DNA of 64,000 nucleotides from an uncultured Myxococcales bacterium (GTDB lineage Bacteria; Myxococcota; UBA4151): NCBI GenBank assembly GCA_964013405.1, contig CAXGWI010000005.1, positions 10,792 to 74,791 of the forward strand, read 5' to 3'. Shown piece by piece: positions 28,986 to 38,491 of this stretch (position 1 is its first letter; each line of letters starts with the position of its first letter). The notes under the pieces were generated by a model. It saw only the letters and a program-made list of their open reading frames with translations, ran no database searches and was not told where the DNA came from. The position numbers and the translations under genes were made by a program.

Positions 28986-30092
28986 CTAGTCGAGGGCCGC
29001 GACGAGGGCATCTGTGACCCGTTGTTGCCAAGCAGCGACCGAGTAGATTTCCTGGGCTTGCTTGCGCGCTTTCCTGCGAATTCTTTGTAGTTTGGATCGA
29101 TTCCGATCCCAGTCCTTGAGTGTGGCGACCAGTGCATCCACGTCCCGCCGTTCCACCACGCTGTCTTTGGCAACCGAGCCGAGGACGCCGCGGGCGCAAC
29201 CCACATCGAAGCTGGCCACCGCTTTGCCTCGGGCCATGGCCTCCAGCCAAACCAGCGGCAGGCCTTCTTGGATATGGGAAGGGAAGATGAGCACCTGGCT
29301 ATCCTCCAGGGGCTCCCATGCGGTTTCAGGGGGGCGCCGGCCGTGGAAATGAACCCGGTCCTTTAGTCCGAGGCTCTCGATCTTCCTGTGGATTTCCTGT
29401 GCATAGGTTTCCGATGAAAAGTTGCCGACCACATCCAAATGAACGCCGGGCAGTTGGGCCATGGCATCGACGGCATAGGTAAACCCTTTGATATGATGAA
29501 TGTTGCCGATGTAGCACAGGCGAAACGGCCCCGTGTGTTTGAGGGGCTGCGGCGCGGGGATCGGCACCCCGTTAAAAACGGCCCTCCAGGGCACATGGGC
29601 TTCGATGAGCCCGCCAAAAGGGTGAAAGGACTCGTGTAAGAGGATGTTCATCCGCGCGTTGTTGAGCATGCGCCGATGGAGTTTGCGGATCACTGGGTGA
29701 TCGGGCTGCCCCTCGTAGTTGTGGCCGATGCGTTCGTTGTGAATGTGGAGGCAATAGGGGACTCCACGTGCCTGGCACACTTGCATCAGTAAGGCATCGC
29801 GCAACACGGCCAGGCCAAAGAGACCGGGGGTATAATAGACCAGATCGACCCCCTTTAAGCGGCGCGCTAAGCGGGGGAACAACTGGACTGCTCTTTTGGC
29901 TTTGTTCAAAGCGAGCTTTCCGGTCGTTTCGATCTCCTTCATCGACTCAATGCTTTGAATTGGCAGGATATCGACATCAAAGGCCTCGTGTAGCGGGCCG
30001 CCGTCGAGCAGGCGCTGATTCGAGACGCTGACACCGTGCGCTGGGGGCGGCAGGTGGCCGACAAACAGGAGCTTGGGTCGGGCTTTTGTCAT
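28986..30092 (-). CDS. Glycosyltransferase family 4
   Basis: PPPAHG N-terminus, VFNGV, KG, EGLPLVWLEAMARG (ExxxxxxxE). Confidence 0.9.
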   Translation of the reverse strand: MTKARPKLLFVGHLPPPAHGVSVSNQRLLDGGPLHEAFDVDILPIQSIESMKEIETTGKLALNKAKRAVQLFPRLARRLKGVDLVYYTPGLFGLAVLRDALLMQVCQARGVPYCLHIHNERIGHNYEGQPDHPVIRKLHRRMLNNARMNILLHESFHPFGGLIEAHVPWRAVFNGVPIPAPQPLKHTGPFRLCYIGNIHHIKGFTYAVDAMAQLPGVHLDVVGNFSSETYAQEIHRKIESLGLKDRVHFHGRRPPETAWEPLEDSQVLIFPSHIQEGLPLVWLEAMARGKAVASFDVGCARGVLGSVAKDSVVERRDVDALVATLKDWDRNRSKLQRIRRKARKQAQEIYSVAAWQQRVTDALVAALD

Positions 30093-30305
30093 GGGGTAGC
30101 TAGGCCTTTAGCGGTGAGATTGAGTCAAGGAGGTGAGAAGCACCAGATCCCGTTCAGAGCCTCTTCGCGGGGCAGGTACTTGACTCTCGGGGTCGGATCA
30201 AGGCTTGCGTGCCCTGTCTTTGGCCAAGGATTTGAAGCTTGTGTGCGAAAGCGGAGCCTAGGCGAATGGGCTGAGTCTTGGTTCACCGGGGCCGTCGCGC
30301 ATCGC

Positions 30306-32669
30306 TTACGGCGCTGTTAGGCGAGCATCAAAACGCCAATCAGCATCATAAAATCCCGTCGCGACCAAGCCTCGGTCGCTCCAGGCGAGAAAGTCGGGGA
30401 AGCCGCTGCGACTGGAGTAGGGCAGGATCTCAAAGAGCAGGTCTTCTTTGCCGGTCGGCGCAGCGAGCACCGCCGAGAGCCGGCCGTCTTCCTCAAAGAG
30501 GGAGAAAAAGGCGCCGTCCCGTTGGCGCTGATCTCGATAGTAGATGCCCTCGTCATCCCAACGAAAAGGGAAGTCATCGGGGAGGTTGAGTTGGTCCTGG
30601 GGGACCGCCACGTAGATCGTGTTCCTGCCTGCATCGATGGCCTCTTGGCGCCGACTCATGGGCAGGGTGCATGCTTGTCCGTTGCCGATCACATTCCATT
30701 GACCCGCATGGTGGGCGGCCACAGCCGCGGCAGGCCCTCGGTCGTCATCACTGACGATGAAGCAGAAGGGGCGGCGATAGACTTCGTTGTAGGGGCCATG
30801 GACCCCAGGGCGCTTGCCGGTTTGGGGGCCATATTCGATGTCGCCCGTGGTCACTGGGATGACTTCACCGTCCACCTCAATCTCGGCGATACCCTTCGCC
30901 GTGAGGCCATCACCATCGAGGATCATGCTGCGGACGTTGACCGTCTCGAGGATGACCCGGTCAGCCTCCTGTCGGCTACGTAGTTCCAGGTCTGCCTCGG
31001 GGCTTAGCGCTGAGCGCAAGCGAACGTAGGCGTGATGTTCGGCGTAAGCAGCGTTCGGGCTGATGAAATCGAAGTCGAGTTCGAAGGGATCCAGGCTGCG
31101 GGCCTCCATGAAGTCGAAGAGGGGCTGCCAGTCGACGCAGTCGACGCCTTCGGAGACATCGCCGTTCCACCAATGCCCTTTGCCGGGCTCCTCATGGTAG
31201 GCAACATCATCCGTATGCTGGCGAGCCGCCTCCACGAGGTTGCGACCCTCTCGGACGGGCACATTGTCATCGGCGTCCGCATGGATCACGTAGACGCCAC
31301 GCCGGGCGATGTTGGAGAGGTAATTCAGGGTGTCGGAGTGGGCCCGGGAGCGAGCAAAAAGCCCGCTGGGCCGCTGGGAGCCACCATAGGAATAAAAGCT
31401 CTCCCAGCCGGCGCTGGGGCCCAGCGTCGCAAAGCGGCCCGGCATCATGACGCCATTGTGCCAGGTGCCGTGTCCGCCCATGGAGTGACCGGTGACATAA
31501 ACACGAGTGTCATCGATGTTGAAGCGGTCCATGGCGTTGTCGAGCGAGTGAAGGGCGTTGAAATGACCCCACTCCTCCCAGTCGAAGCCGAAGGGACGGC
31601 GGTTGGTCGCGGCGACGACATAGTTCCAATCCCGCTGAGAGTAACTGCGGGCCTGACCGATAGCTTCGACACTGGCCCCATGAAGGCTCAGAACCAGCGC
31701 ATAGTCCCGCTCGGCGTCGAAGTTTTTAGGCGGTTGAACCCCGTAGTACTGCACCGAGCCATCTTGAGGGCTGATGAAGCTACGGCGATAATGTTTGGTG
31801 CTCTCAATGACGGTGTAATCTTGTGTGTGCTGGTAGCGGTAGATGAGCCCATCTGCTTCCACCTCAATGGTGATGGGGATGACCGACTCTGGCCCGGTCC
31901 ACGGCGCCTTCGGCCGGATCTCAAAGGCCAGTTGCGTGAGGGTGTAGGAGCCCATGCCGGGAAACACCGTCGTGGTGGCTTCGACGTGGTCACTTTCAAG
32001 AACTCGGCAGCGAACATTCCCAAGCAACTGGGGCGTGATGTTGAGGACCGGCATGCCCAGATAGAGGGGGCTGCCATCCCCTTCCCGCAGGTCGCTGAAG
32101 GTGCGGTCTCGAGGATTGAAGATCAGTTCGTGGCCCGTGATAAAAAGTTGAATCTTGGCGTTGCCCCGGCCGCCCGTGAGTTGAGCGGCGATCAGGTGTT
32201 CGCCCGGTTCGTCAGCCAGGGGGATTCGGTGTTTGCCGCTGCCGTAAATATCCGCCGGTTGGGCCCGGCCGTTCACGTAGACCGTGTAGCCCCGATCCAC
32301 CCGAGCAAACAGGCGTTCTCCTTCGCTTAGGTCGATTTTTGCGACCGCCCAATAGAGAGTCCGTTGGGAGGTGGGTAAATCCCCCTCTTCCGTCGCCCGA
32401 ATCCGCTCCCAGTCGACGGCGTAGCGGCGATCGGAGCCAACCTCGGGGTACTCCAGGCGGTTCCAGCGCACATCCCGCTCTAAGGCCTGATTATCCGTGT
32501 TGCCGATACGTCCCAGCATCCACTCATCGGGCAGGACCTGAATCACCTCTTCTTCGGGAGCCAGCTCAGGCCCCTTTGGCACGACGGGGCCGGCATCTTG
32601 CGCTGGTGTGGGCTCCTCGGCTGGACAGGCAGTGAGGAGGAGAAAGCAAAGGGGGATCAGGCGTAGCAT
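30306..32669 (-). CDS. Lipoprotein alpha/beta-hydrolase (esterase/peptidase S9-like)
   Basis: Lipobox LTAC; VLSLHGA, VTGHSMGGHG, HADADDNVP, GKGHWW catalytic triad pattern. Confidence 0.82.
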   Translation of the reverse strand: MLRLIPLCFLLLTACPAEEPTPAQDAGPVVPKGPELAPEEEVIQVLPDEWMLGRIGNTDNQALERDVRWNRLEYPEVGSDRRYAVDWERIRATEEGDLPTSQRTLYWAVAKIDLSEGERLFARVDRGYTVYVNGRAQPADIYGSGKHRIPLADEPGEHLIAAQLTGGRGNAKIQLFITGHELIFNPRDRTFSDLREGDGSPLYLGMPVLNITPQLLGNVRCRVLESDHVEATTTVFPGMGSYTLTQLAFEIRPKAPWTGPESVIPITIEVEADGLIYRYQHTQDYTVIESTKHYRRSFISPQDGSVQYYGVQPPKNFDAERDYALVLSLHGASVEAIGQARSYSQRDWNYVVAATNRRPFGFDWEEWGHFNALHSLDNAMDRFNIDDTRVYVTGHSMGGHGTWHNGVMMPGRFATLGPSAGWESFYSYGGSQRPSGLFARSRAHSDTLNYLSNIARRGVYVIHADADDNVPVREGRNLVEAARQHTDDVAYHEEPGKGHWWNGDVSEGVDCVDWQPLFDFMEARSLDPFELDFDFISPNAAYAEHHAYVRLRSALSPEADLELRSRQEADRVILETVNVRSMILDGDGLTAKGIAEIEVDGEVIPVTTGDIEYGPQTGKRPGVHGPYNEVYRRPFCFIVSDDDRGPAAAVAAHHAGQWNVIGNGQACTLPMSRRQEAIDAGRNTIYVAVPQDQLNLPDDFPFRWDDEGIYYRDQRQRDGAFFSLFEEDGRLSAVLAAPTGKEDLLFEILPYSSRSGFPDFLAWSDRGLVATGFYDADWRFDARLTAP

Positions 32670-32779
32670 AGGGGACTCCCGGGGAGGGGAAGGTAGCCCC
32701 AAGCCGGGGGCTTTTCCACATCTCCTTGACCCCCGCGTCCCCGCGGGGCAGGCGCAGACCAAAGGGAGTGAGGAAGCCC

Positions 32780-33016
32780 ATGGGTCTTGTCGGTATTCGT
32801 TTGGACGCCTTGAAAGCCCTGCTCGCTGCCGTTCACAATGAACAGTTGCCCTGCCCGCTCAGCCCCGATGCGCTTGCTTGTCAGGGCTTTCAGGACCTCA
32901 GCGAACAGATTCTTGCCAGTCTACGAGGCCTCGAAGAAGAGGCCGTTCGAGCGGTTCTTGTGGCGGTGATTGCCGAGCGTCTCTCCGTACTCGATCAGAC
33001 CATCGGGTCCGCGTGA
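32780..33016 (+). CDS. Small hypothetical protein (78 aa)
   Basis: GAGGA SD; amphipathic LRGL...VRAVLVAVIAER. Stop overlaps the cobB start (GTGA). Confidence 0.65.
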   Translation: MGLVGIRLDALKALLAAVHNEQLPCPLSPDALACQGFQDLSEQILASLRGLEEEAVRAVLVAVIAERLSVLDQTIGSA

Positions 33017-33762
33017 GCCCAGCGGAGCACGTGGCTGCCTGGCTGCGTCAGGCGAATCGAGTTCTCTTCATCACCGGCGCAGGTTTGTCTGCCGAGAGTG
33101 GCTTGCCCACTTATCGGGGGGTGGGTGGTCTCTATGAGGACGCAGAGACCCCTGAGGGCCTGAGCATTGAGCAGGCGCTTTCTGGGGGCATGCTGCGCCG
33201 TGACCCGGCGCTGTGTTGGAAATACATCGCGCAGATCGAGAATGCCTGCCGTGGTGCGATGCCCAATCGGGCGCACGAGTTGATCGCCGCCTTTCAGGAA
33301 CGGGTCGAGACCTGGGTCCTCACCCAGAATGTCGACGGGTTTCATGGTCAGGCTGGCAGCGATCACGTGATTCCCATTCATGGCGATATCCATGAACTCT
33401 ACTGCCCATCATGTGGTTGGGAGGATTGGGTTCATGACTATGCAGAGCTCCCCATGCCGCCCCATTGCCCTCGCTGCCGAGCCATCATTCGGCCACGGGT
33501 GGTGCTTTTTGGGGAGATGCTGCCGCCGGCCGCCGTTGGATGCCTTAATCAGCAACTTCAACAGGGCTTTGATCTCGTCTTTAGCGTGGGCACGACCAGC
33601 GGCTTTTCTTATATCGCCCAGCCCGTGCTGATGGCCGCAGCACAGGGGGTGCCGACGGTGGAGATCAACCCAGGAGAGACGCCGGTGTCACCCCATGTCA
33701 GGCAGCGCTTTTCCTGCGGTGCTGTGGAGGCCTTGGAGGCGATTTGGGCGGCCTGGCGGTGA
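33013..33762 (+). CDS. cobB: NAD-dependent protein deacylase (sirtuin)
   Basis: TGAGLSAESGLPTYRG, TQNVDGFH, IHG, CPSC/CPRC zinc site, RPRVVLFGE, EINP. Confidence 0.92.
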   Translation: MSPAEHVAAWLRQANRVLFITGAGLSAESGLPTYRGVGGLYEDAETPEGLSIEQALSGGMLRRDPALCWKYIAQIENACRGAMPNRAHELIAAFQERVETWVLTQNVDGFHGQAGSDHVIPIHGDIHELYCPSCGWEDWVHDYAELPMPPHCPRCRAIIRPRVVLFGEMLPPAAVGCLNQQLQQGFDLVFSVGTTSGFSYIAQPVLMAAAQGVPTVEINPGETPVSPHVRQRFSCGAVEALEAIWAAWR

Positions 33763-33819
33763 TCCTTCTCAAGCCGCGCTAGGCTGACTCCTCACCAAGC
33801 TCCGACCCGACCCAACCCT

Positions 33820-35787
33820 TTAGGGACAGACGCCCATCCCGGGCGGCATGGGCATGCACCCACCCGCCATGCAGCAGGGGGTCTCTTCGGGGCATGGAGG
33901 GAGGCCATCGCCGCATTGCTCAAGGGGGCCAGGTGTGCAGACACCATCGATGCAAGTTCCGCCATCTTGGCAGGGGTTCTCCTCGGAGCATTCGTTCGGC
34001 GGTGCGCAGGCTCCAGTCATGCAGACGAGGCCGTCGGGACACTCGGGCAAGCCATCGCCGCATTCCTCAAGAGGTCCGGGTGCGCAGATGCCGTCGATGC
34101 AGGTTCCGCCATCTTGGCAGGGGTTTTCATCAGAACATTCGGTCGGCGGTGTGCAGGCTCCAGCCATGCAGATTTCACCCTCCGCGCAATCGTCATCGGC
34201 TTCGCAGGGCACAGGGTCACAGTTGGTCTCGTCGTAAATACAGCCACAAGCCATCATGTCGCAGCGGTCGATGGTACAGGCTCGTCCATCGTCGCAATCC
34301 AGATCACTCTTGCAAGCGGTACGGAGGTCTTGGGGAAAGACGGGGGGATCTACCTCTTCCGGGAATTCCACCCGGCGATTGATGGGGGAGCCACAGGTCA
34401 CTTTGACCGTTGAAGATGGGTTCAATTCCGGGCCGACGATGCGTACATTTTGTGGGTTTTCGAGCACATGCGCTCTCGATAACTCGAGTGTCACCTGCCC
34501 AAAAGCCCGGGTTCGAGCGGTGCCGAGACCGTTATTGTCTGCTCGTTCTGTGTAGACGCTGTGCTCGGTTTTGACCTCGGGGGTCCCTAGGTTGTGCAGG
34601 GGTTGTCCGATGGTGAAGGTTTGAAAGGTTGCGACCGTGTTGTAATGACCCGCAAAGCGGCTATGTGCGACGCCGTCACTCCAGAAGCGGCCACTGTCGA
34701 GTTCGCAAGCAAGGCCAAGGCCAATACTGCAGCCTGGGAGTTCGAGGCCGCCCATGTTGACGCCGAAGGTGAGGTTGCAACTGACGGTGGGGGCTTGGGT
34801 ACTGCAACTGATCGCACTGCCGCCGATCGCCGCCTTGCTTTTATCTTCCTGGGAGTAGTTCGTGCCACCAGAGAAGTCAGGGAGTCGAAGGGTGACCTTC
34901 GATTGTGCATTGGCATTTTGATTGCCTAAGAGGGGCAGGGTGGTGCTGTAAGCACGACTTTGCAAAAGGGAATTCGCATGAGATGTGCCACCGACTTGTA
35001 CGGAGACCTGGCCGCAGGCACCGGCTCCATCTTCGGCGAAAGCGCAGCGAAGGGCTGGGCTGACCGACCGGCGACAACTGTTGCCTGCTATGGCCGAAAC
35101 AGAGCCATTTCGCGCGACGCCCATGCCACCACATCCCGCTGTCGATCGTTGCTCATTGCTATAGGCGTATCCCGTGCCTGTGCATGCCTCACCGACGCGG
35201 GCAAAACCTGCCGTAGGCCGATCCTCGGTGATGCTTTGCGGCGAGACGACAAAGCTGCAGGAGACGAGGCATTGATGGCATCGACCGACGGTGGCTTCGT
35301 TGGCGAGGACGGTTAGCGCCTGTGTTCCCAGAAGTTCCCGGTCTCTAAGGTAGGCACCGTAAAGAAAGGCATGGACTCGATTCGTTGGGTCGTAGGCGCG
35401 AAAATACACGAGGGCCTCGAACCAGCGCAATTGGCGGTCCATTCCCTGCTCCTCGAACTGGTCTGCGTAGGCCTCGATATTTTCATTCACACCCGGCGGC
35501 ATCACGACCAGATGTTGATGAACTCGGACCGGGCGGCTCACGCTTTCACCCAGGATGGAAATATCGCCTTGAGCAAGGGAGGCCATCATCGATTCGCTCA
35601 AGTCTGTGAGTCCTTGTCGTTCAAGGTACTCTTTCGCTGAGATGATCTCGCCAGCATCGAGCTGACTCGCCGTCTCATAAAGTGCCCCTTGGCTGCGACG
35701 TTCCCAGGCTGCAGGGGCAGTGGGCTCCTGAGGCAGCTGCTCAATGCAGCCTGTCAGCGTGATGGAAAAGACAATGAGCATCCTCAT
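33820..35787 (-). CDS. Secreted/lipoprotein with Ser/Thr/Gly-rich beta-type core and C-terminal Cys-rich repeats
   Basis: Lipobox LTGC, 655-aa open frame, C-terminal C-x5-C-x4/5-C-x4-C repeats. ATGA overlap with the upstream gene. Confidence 0.7.
   Translation of the reverse strand: MRMLIVFSITLTGCIEQLPQEPTAPAAWERRSQGALYETASQLDAGEIISAKEYLERQGLTDLSESMMASLAQGDISILGESVSRPVRVHQHLVVMPPGVNENIEAYADQFEEQGMDRQLRWFEALVYFRAYDPTNRVHAFLYGAYLRDRELLGTQALTVLANEATVGRCHQCLVSCSFVVSPQSITEDRPTAGFARVGEACTGTGYAYSNEQRSTAGCGGMGVARNGSVSAIAGNSCRRSVSPALRCAFAEDGAGACGQVSVQVGGTSHANSLLQSRAYSTTLPLLGNQNANAQSKVTLRLPDFSGGTNYSQEDKSKAAIGGSAISCSTQAPTVSCNLTFGVNMGGLELPGCSIGLGLACELDSGRFWSDGVAHSRFAGHYNTVATFQTFTIGQPLHNLGTPEVKTEHSVYTERADNNGLGTARTRAFGQVTLELSRAHVLENPQNVRIVGPELNPSSTVKVTCGSPINRRVEFPEEVDPPVFPQDLRTACKSDLDCDDGRACTIDRCDMMACGCIYDETNCDPVPCEADDDCAEGEICMAGACTPPTECSDENPCQDGGTCIDGICAPGPLEECGDGLPECPDGLVCMTGACAPPNECSEENPCQDGGTCIDGVCTPGPLEQCGDGLPPCPEETPCCMAGGCMPMPPGMGVCP
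33904..34197 (-). repeat. Intragenic tandem duplication with 147-bp (49-codon) period
   Basis: GCCATCGCCGCATT at 33904 and 34051; shared GTTCCGCCATCTTGGCAGGGGTT in both copies. End coordinate approximate. Confidence 0.85.
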
Positions 35788-36572
35788 GGCAAGGCTCCGC
35801 AGTCGCCCAGATCAACGCAGCTTGAGCCTCTGACACAGGCGACGACCTCGGGCGTCCATTGCCCTCGGCACTGCTCAAGACAGTCGCCGATGTCGGCACC
35901 GTCGATCACCGCACAGGCATTCATGATGCCACAGGACTGCTCGCAGAGGTCGACGGGATCGAAACAAGGCTCAAGGGCATCACATGAGGCGGCCTCCACG
36001 CACGTTCGCAGGTCGGAATCCCCCTGATCAGCGCAGTCCAAAATGCAGGTCTCACGGGTCACGGCGTCCCCCAAGCAACTCACGAGTTTATCGCAATAGC
36101 TTACGCAGGTCGTTTGCTCGGCCTCAAGGCATGCCGCAGCGTCCTCACAGGAAGCAGCCTCCAGGCAGTCGAGCGCGTTTTCGCTAAGGGCATCGCAGTG
36201 AAAGTTTGCTCCAAAGACACTTTCATCGCCGCAGTTGTCACGACGGTTGCTGAGTGCGTGGCAGCGGTCCGCTTGGTTTTGGCGAAAGCAACTGCCCATT
36301 TGGTCGCAGGTTCTCTCTTTGAGACAGGTCAACTGCTCTGCAGGCACGGACGCGGTGCATTGACTCATACATTGCTCGTACATGGGGCCGGGGTCACCGC
36401 TGGTTTCACAGTCCGCCATCCGAGCGCAGGCATCACCACAAGGACTGCCGTCGCTGAGAGGGACAGGCTCCACGGGAGGCGGCGGCTCGGCGGGACAGGC
36501 ACTCCACACGATGAGCAGCGCAAAATGACAAGTGAGTCGTCGCAAAATACAGGTCTCCCGTCTTCTACCCAT
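35784..36572 (-). CDS. Cys-rich helical-repeat lipoprotein
   Basis: Lipobox WSAC; four repeats ending C-x5-C-x5-C (LTCLKERTCDQMGSC, LDCLEAASCEDAAAC, RTCVEAASCDALEPC, VACVRGSSCVDLGDC). Confidence 0.72.
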   Translation of the reverse strand: MGRRRETCILRRLTCHFALLIVWSACPAEPPPPVEPVPLSDGSPCGDACARMADCETSGDPGPMYEQCMSQCTASVPAEQLTCLKERTCDQMGSCFRQNQADRCHALSNRRDNCGDESVFGANFHCDALSENALDCLEAASCEDAAACLEAEQTTCVSYCDKLVSCLGDAVTRETCILDCADQGDSDLRTCVEAASCDALEPCFDPVDLCEQSCGIMNACAVIDGADIGDCLEQCRGQWTPEVVACVRGSSCVDLGDCGALP

Positions 36573-36622
36573 ACCAGGCAGCTTCCAAAGTGACCAGATA
36601 AGGGTGAATTGCCCCCGAAGGA

Positions 36623-37741
36623 TCAGGGCTGTTCAGGCTGAGGTGGACCGCTGCCGACCACGGGGCCCGACCGCTTTGCATTGAGTTCAATGATGGGCGG
36701 AAACCGGCGGGATGCGCCCGGCGGTAGGGGGGCGAAACGATCCGCTGGGATGCCCCGGATTTTGAGGGCTGCGGCCACCTCTTCAAGGGGCTGGTCTTGT
36801 CCCTCCATCCCAAGCTTGAAGGTTCCATAGTGGACTGGGATCGCTGCGGCTGCGCCACACTCCACAAAGCCTTCGACGGCCTCATCCGGATTCACGTGGA
36901 CCGAGCGCATCATGCCGTTGGGGAGATAAGCGCCGATGGGCATGACGGCTAAACGGGGTGGTCCGAGGCGCTCGAGGACTTGACGGAAGTGAGGGCCGCT
37001 GGCGGTATCGCCGGCGTAATACATAAGGCCGCTGGGGGTCTGCAGGGCCCAGCCCATCCAAAGGGTTCGGTCTCGGTCGAAAAGCCCTCGGGAGGAGAAG
37101 TGCTGGGCTGGAATGCCATGGAGGATGCGTCCCTCGCCGAGATCGAAGACCTGCCACCAGTCGGAAGCTTCGACCCGTTCAATCCCTGCATCTCGAACCA
37201 GGTGTTCCACGCCGAGGGGGACGAAGAGCCGGGCCGGGTGCTCATCCATCAGACGCTTGAGGGTGGGCAGATCCGTGTGGTCGTAATGGTTGTGACTGAT
37301 CACGATGGCATCGATGGGTGGTAAATCCTCAAAGTCGATGCCCGGCGGATGAAACCGATGGGGGCCCGCAAAGGAAAATGGGCTCGCTCGATCAGACCAA
37401 TGGGGATCGGTGAGCAGATTGATTCCCTCGGTTTGAATGAGCACCGTCGAGTGGCCCACAAAGGTGGCCACCATCTCGGCGCCGTCGACTCGGTCTTGGG
37501 GCTTCGCCTTTGTCTCGATCGCTCGGGGCGACCAGGTGCTGTTCTTCGTCTCCCAGGCCGTCTTCATCGCCCGGAGGGGATCCCGCAGGCGGGGTACTTG
37601 ATTGATGAACTTTTTGCCGTCGAAGTTACGCTGCGTCGGGCCGTTGTGGCCCTCCGCACTTAAATGCCAGCCCACCAAAGCGGTCGTGAGCCCCAGGAGA
37701 ACCAGACCCAGGCCGAGGAACTTCAGAATGACTCGGATCAT
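36623..37741 (-). CDS. MBL-fold metallo-hydrolase (RomA/NAPE-PLD-like)
   Basis: FVGHSTVL, LTDPHWS, SHNHYDH, PAQHFSSR, YAGDT, PIGAY, PVHYGTF. ATGA overlap with trmH. Confidence 0.92.
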   Translation of the reverse strand: MIRVILKFLGLGLVLLGLTTALVGWHLSAEGHNGPTQRNFDGKKFINQVPRLRDPLRAMKTAWETKNSTWSPRAIETKAKPQDRVDGAEMVATFVGHSTVLIQTEGINLLTDPHWSDRASPFSFAGPHRFHPPGIDFEDLPPIDAIVISHNHYDHTDLPTLKRLMDEHPARLFVPLGVEHLVRDAGIERVEASDWWQVFDLGEGRILHGIPAQHFSSRGLFDRDRTLWMGWALQTPSGLMYYAGDTASGPHFRQVLERLGPPRLAVMPIGAYLPNGMMRSVHVNPDEAVEGFVECGAAAAIPVHYGTFKLGMEGQDQPLEEVAAALKIRGIPADRFAPLPPGASRRFPPIIELNAKRSGPVVGSGPPQPEQP

Positions 37742-38412
37742 ACCGACCACTGGCTCCGAAAGCGTTGCTCGATTTCTGCCACATTGGGAATGACCCCGCG
37801 GCACCAATGGAGAAAAATATCTATTTTTTCTTCCTCGCTGAGCCCCCAGTCGAGGCCGCTGACCTGGAGTCGAGTGCGTAGGTCATAGAGACCGAGGGCC
37901 ACGCTGACCGAGAGATTAAAGCTCTCCGCAAAGCCATACATGGGCAGCCGGACCACGTGATCTGCCATCTCCAAAACCGTCTGGCTTAAGCCTGGCTTTT
38001 CTTCGCCGAAGCAAAGGGCCAGCGGTCGGTCGATGGGCAGATCGGCCAGGGTTTGATCGGTGTGCGGTGTGGTGGCGACCAGTTGATAGCCTTTGGCTCG
38101 CAGGGCCTCAAAGCAGTCCACAGCGTTCGGGTAGCGAAAGGTACTCACCCAACGCTGACTTCCCATGGCGATGTCTTTATTGGGCTGAAAGCGGTTGTTC
38201 AACTCGATGAGGTGAAGATCCTGGAGCCCAAAGGCATCGCAGGAGCGAATCACAGCGCTGGCGTTATGGGGTTGGAAGATGTTTTCGAGGACCACGGTCA
38301 GGTGGCGAGTGCGTTGATCGAGAACGTCTCGGAAGCGAGTCACTTTGTGCTCGCTGAGCCACTGGCCGCTCAGATGGGCCATCAGTGCCGCGTCGTAGTG
38401 TCGCTCCATCAC
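37738..38412 (-). CDS. trmH: tRNA (guanosine-18-2'-O)-methyltransferase, SpoU family
   Basis: VVLENIFQPHNASAVIRSCDAFG, FGEEKPGLS, LPMYGFAESFNLSVS. Confidence 0.88.
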   Translation of the reverse strand: MMERHYDAALMAHLSGQWLSEHKVTRFRDVLDQRTRHLTVVLENIFQPHNASAVIRSCDAFGLQDLHLIELNNRFQPNKDIAMGSQRWVSTFRYPNAVDCFEALRAKGYQLVATTPHTDQTLADLPIDRPLALCFGEEKPGLSQTVLEMADHVVRLPMYGFAESFNLSVSVALGLYDLRTRLQVSGLDWGLSEEEKIDIFLHWCRGVIPNVAEIEQRFRSQWSV

Positions 38413-38491
38413 GCTTTCGTTGCCCCCTGGGTCGACTTACCGTTGAGGCCAGGGCCTAGTCATGGTCAAGGCCTGCGCTCAGGAGATCATC

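Noticed and set aside
30093..30305. 6S RNA or riboswitch call for the intergenic region
   Set aside because: Pairing is patchy and I recognise no conserved family motif or typical gene context. Kept only as a low-interest finding.
32695..32748. Two GC hairpins (AGCCCC/GGGGCT and CCCCGCG/CGCGGGG) in the divergent intergenic region
   Set aside because: Short GC-only stems are common at this GC content, no sense transcript needs terminating here, and they are not repeated elsewhere as a REP family.
33013..33762. Sirtuin as an anti-phage (Thoeris/DSR-type) SIR2 effector
   Set aside because: It has the classic CobB features (zinc-binding CxxC pairs, about 250 aa) and no defence-gene neighbours.
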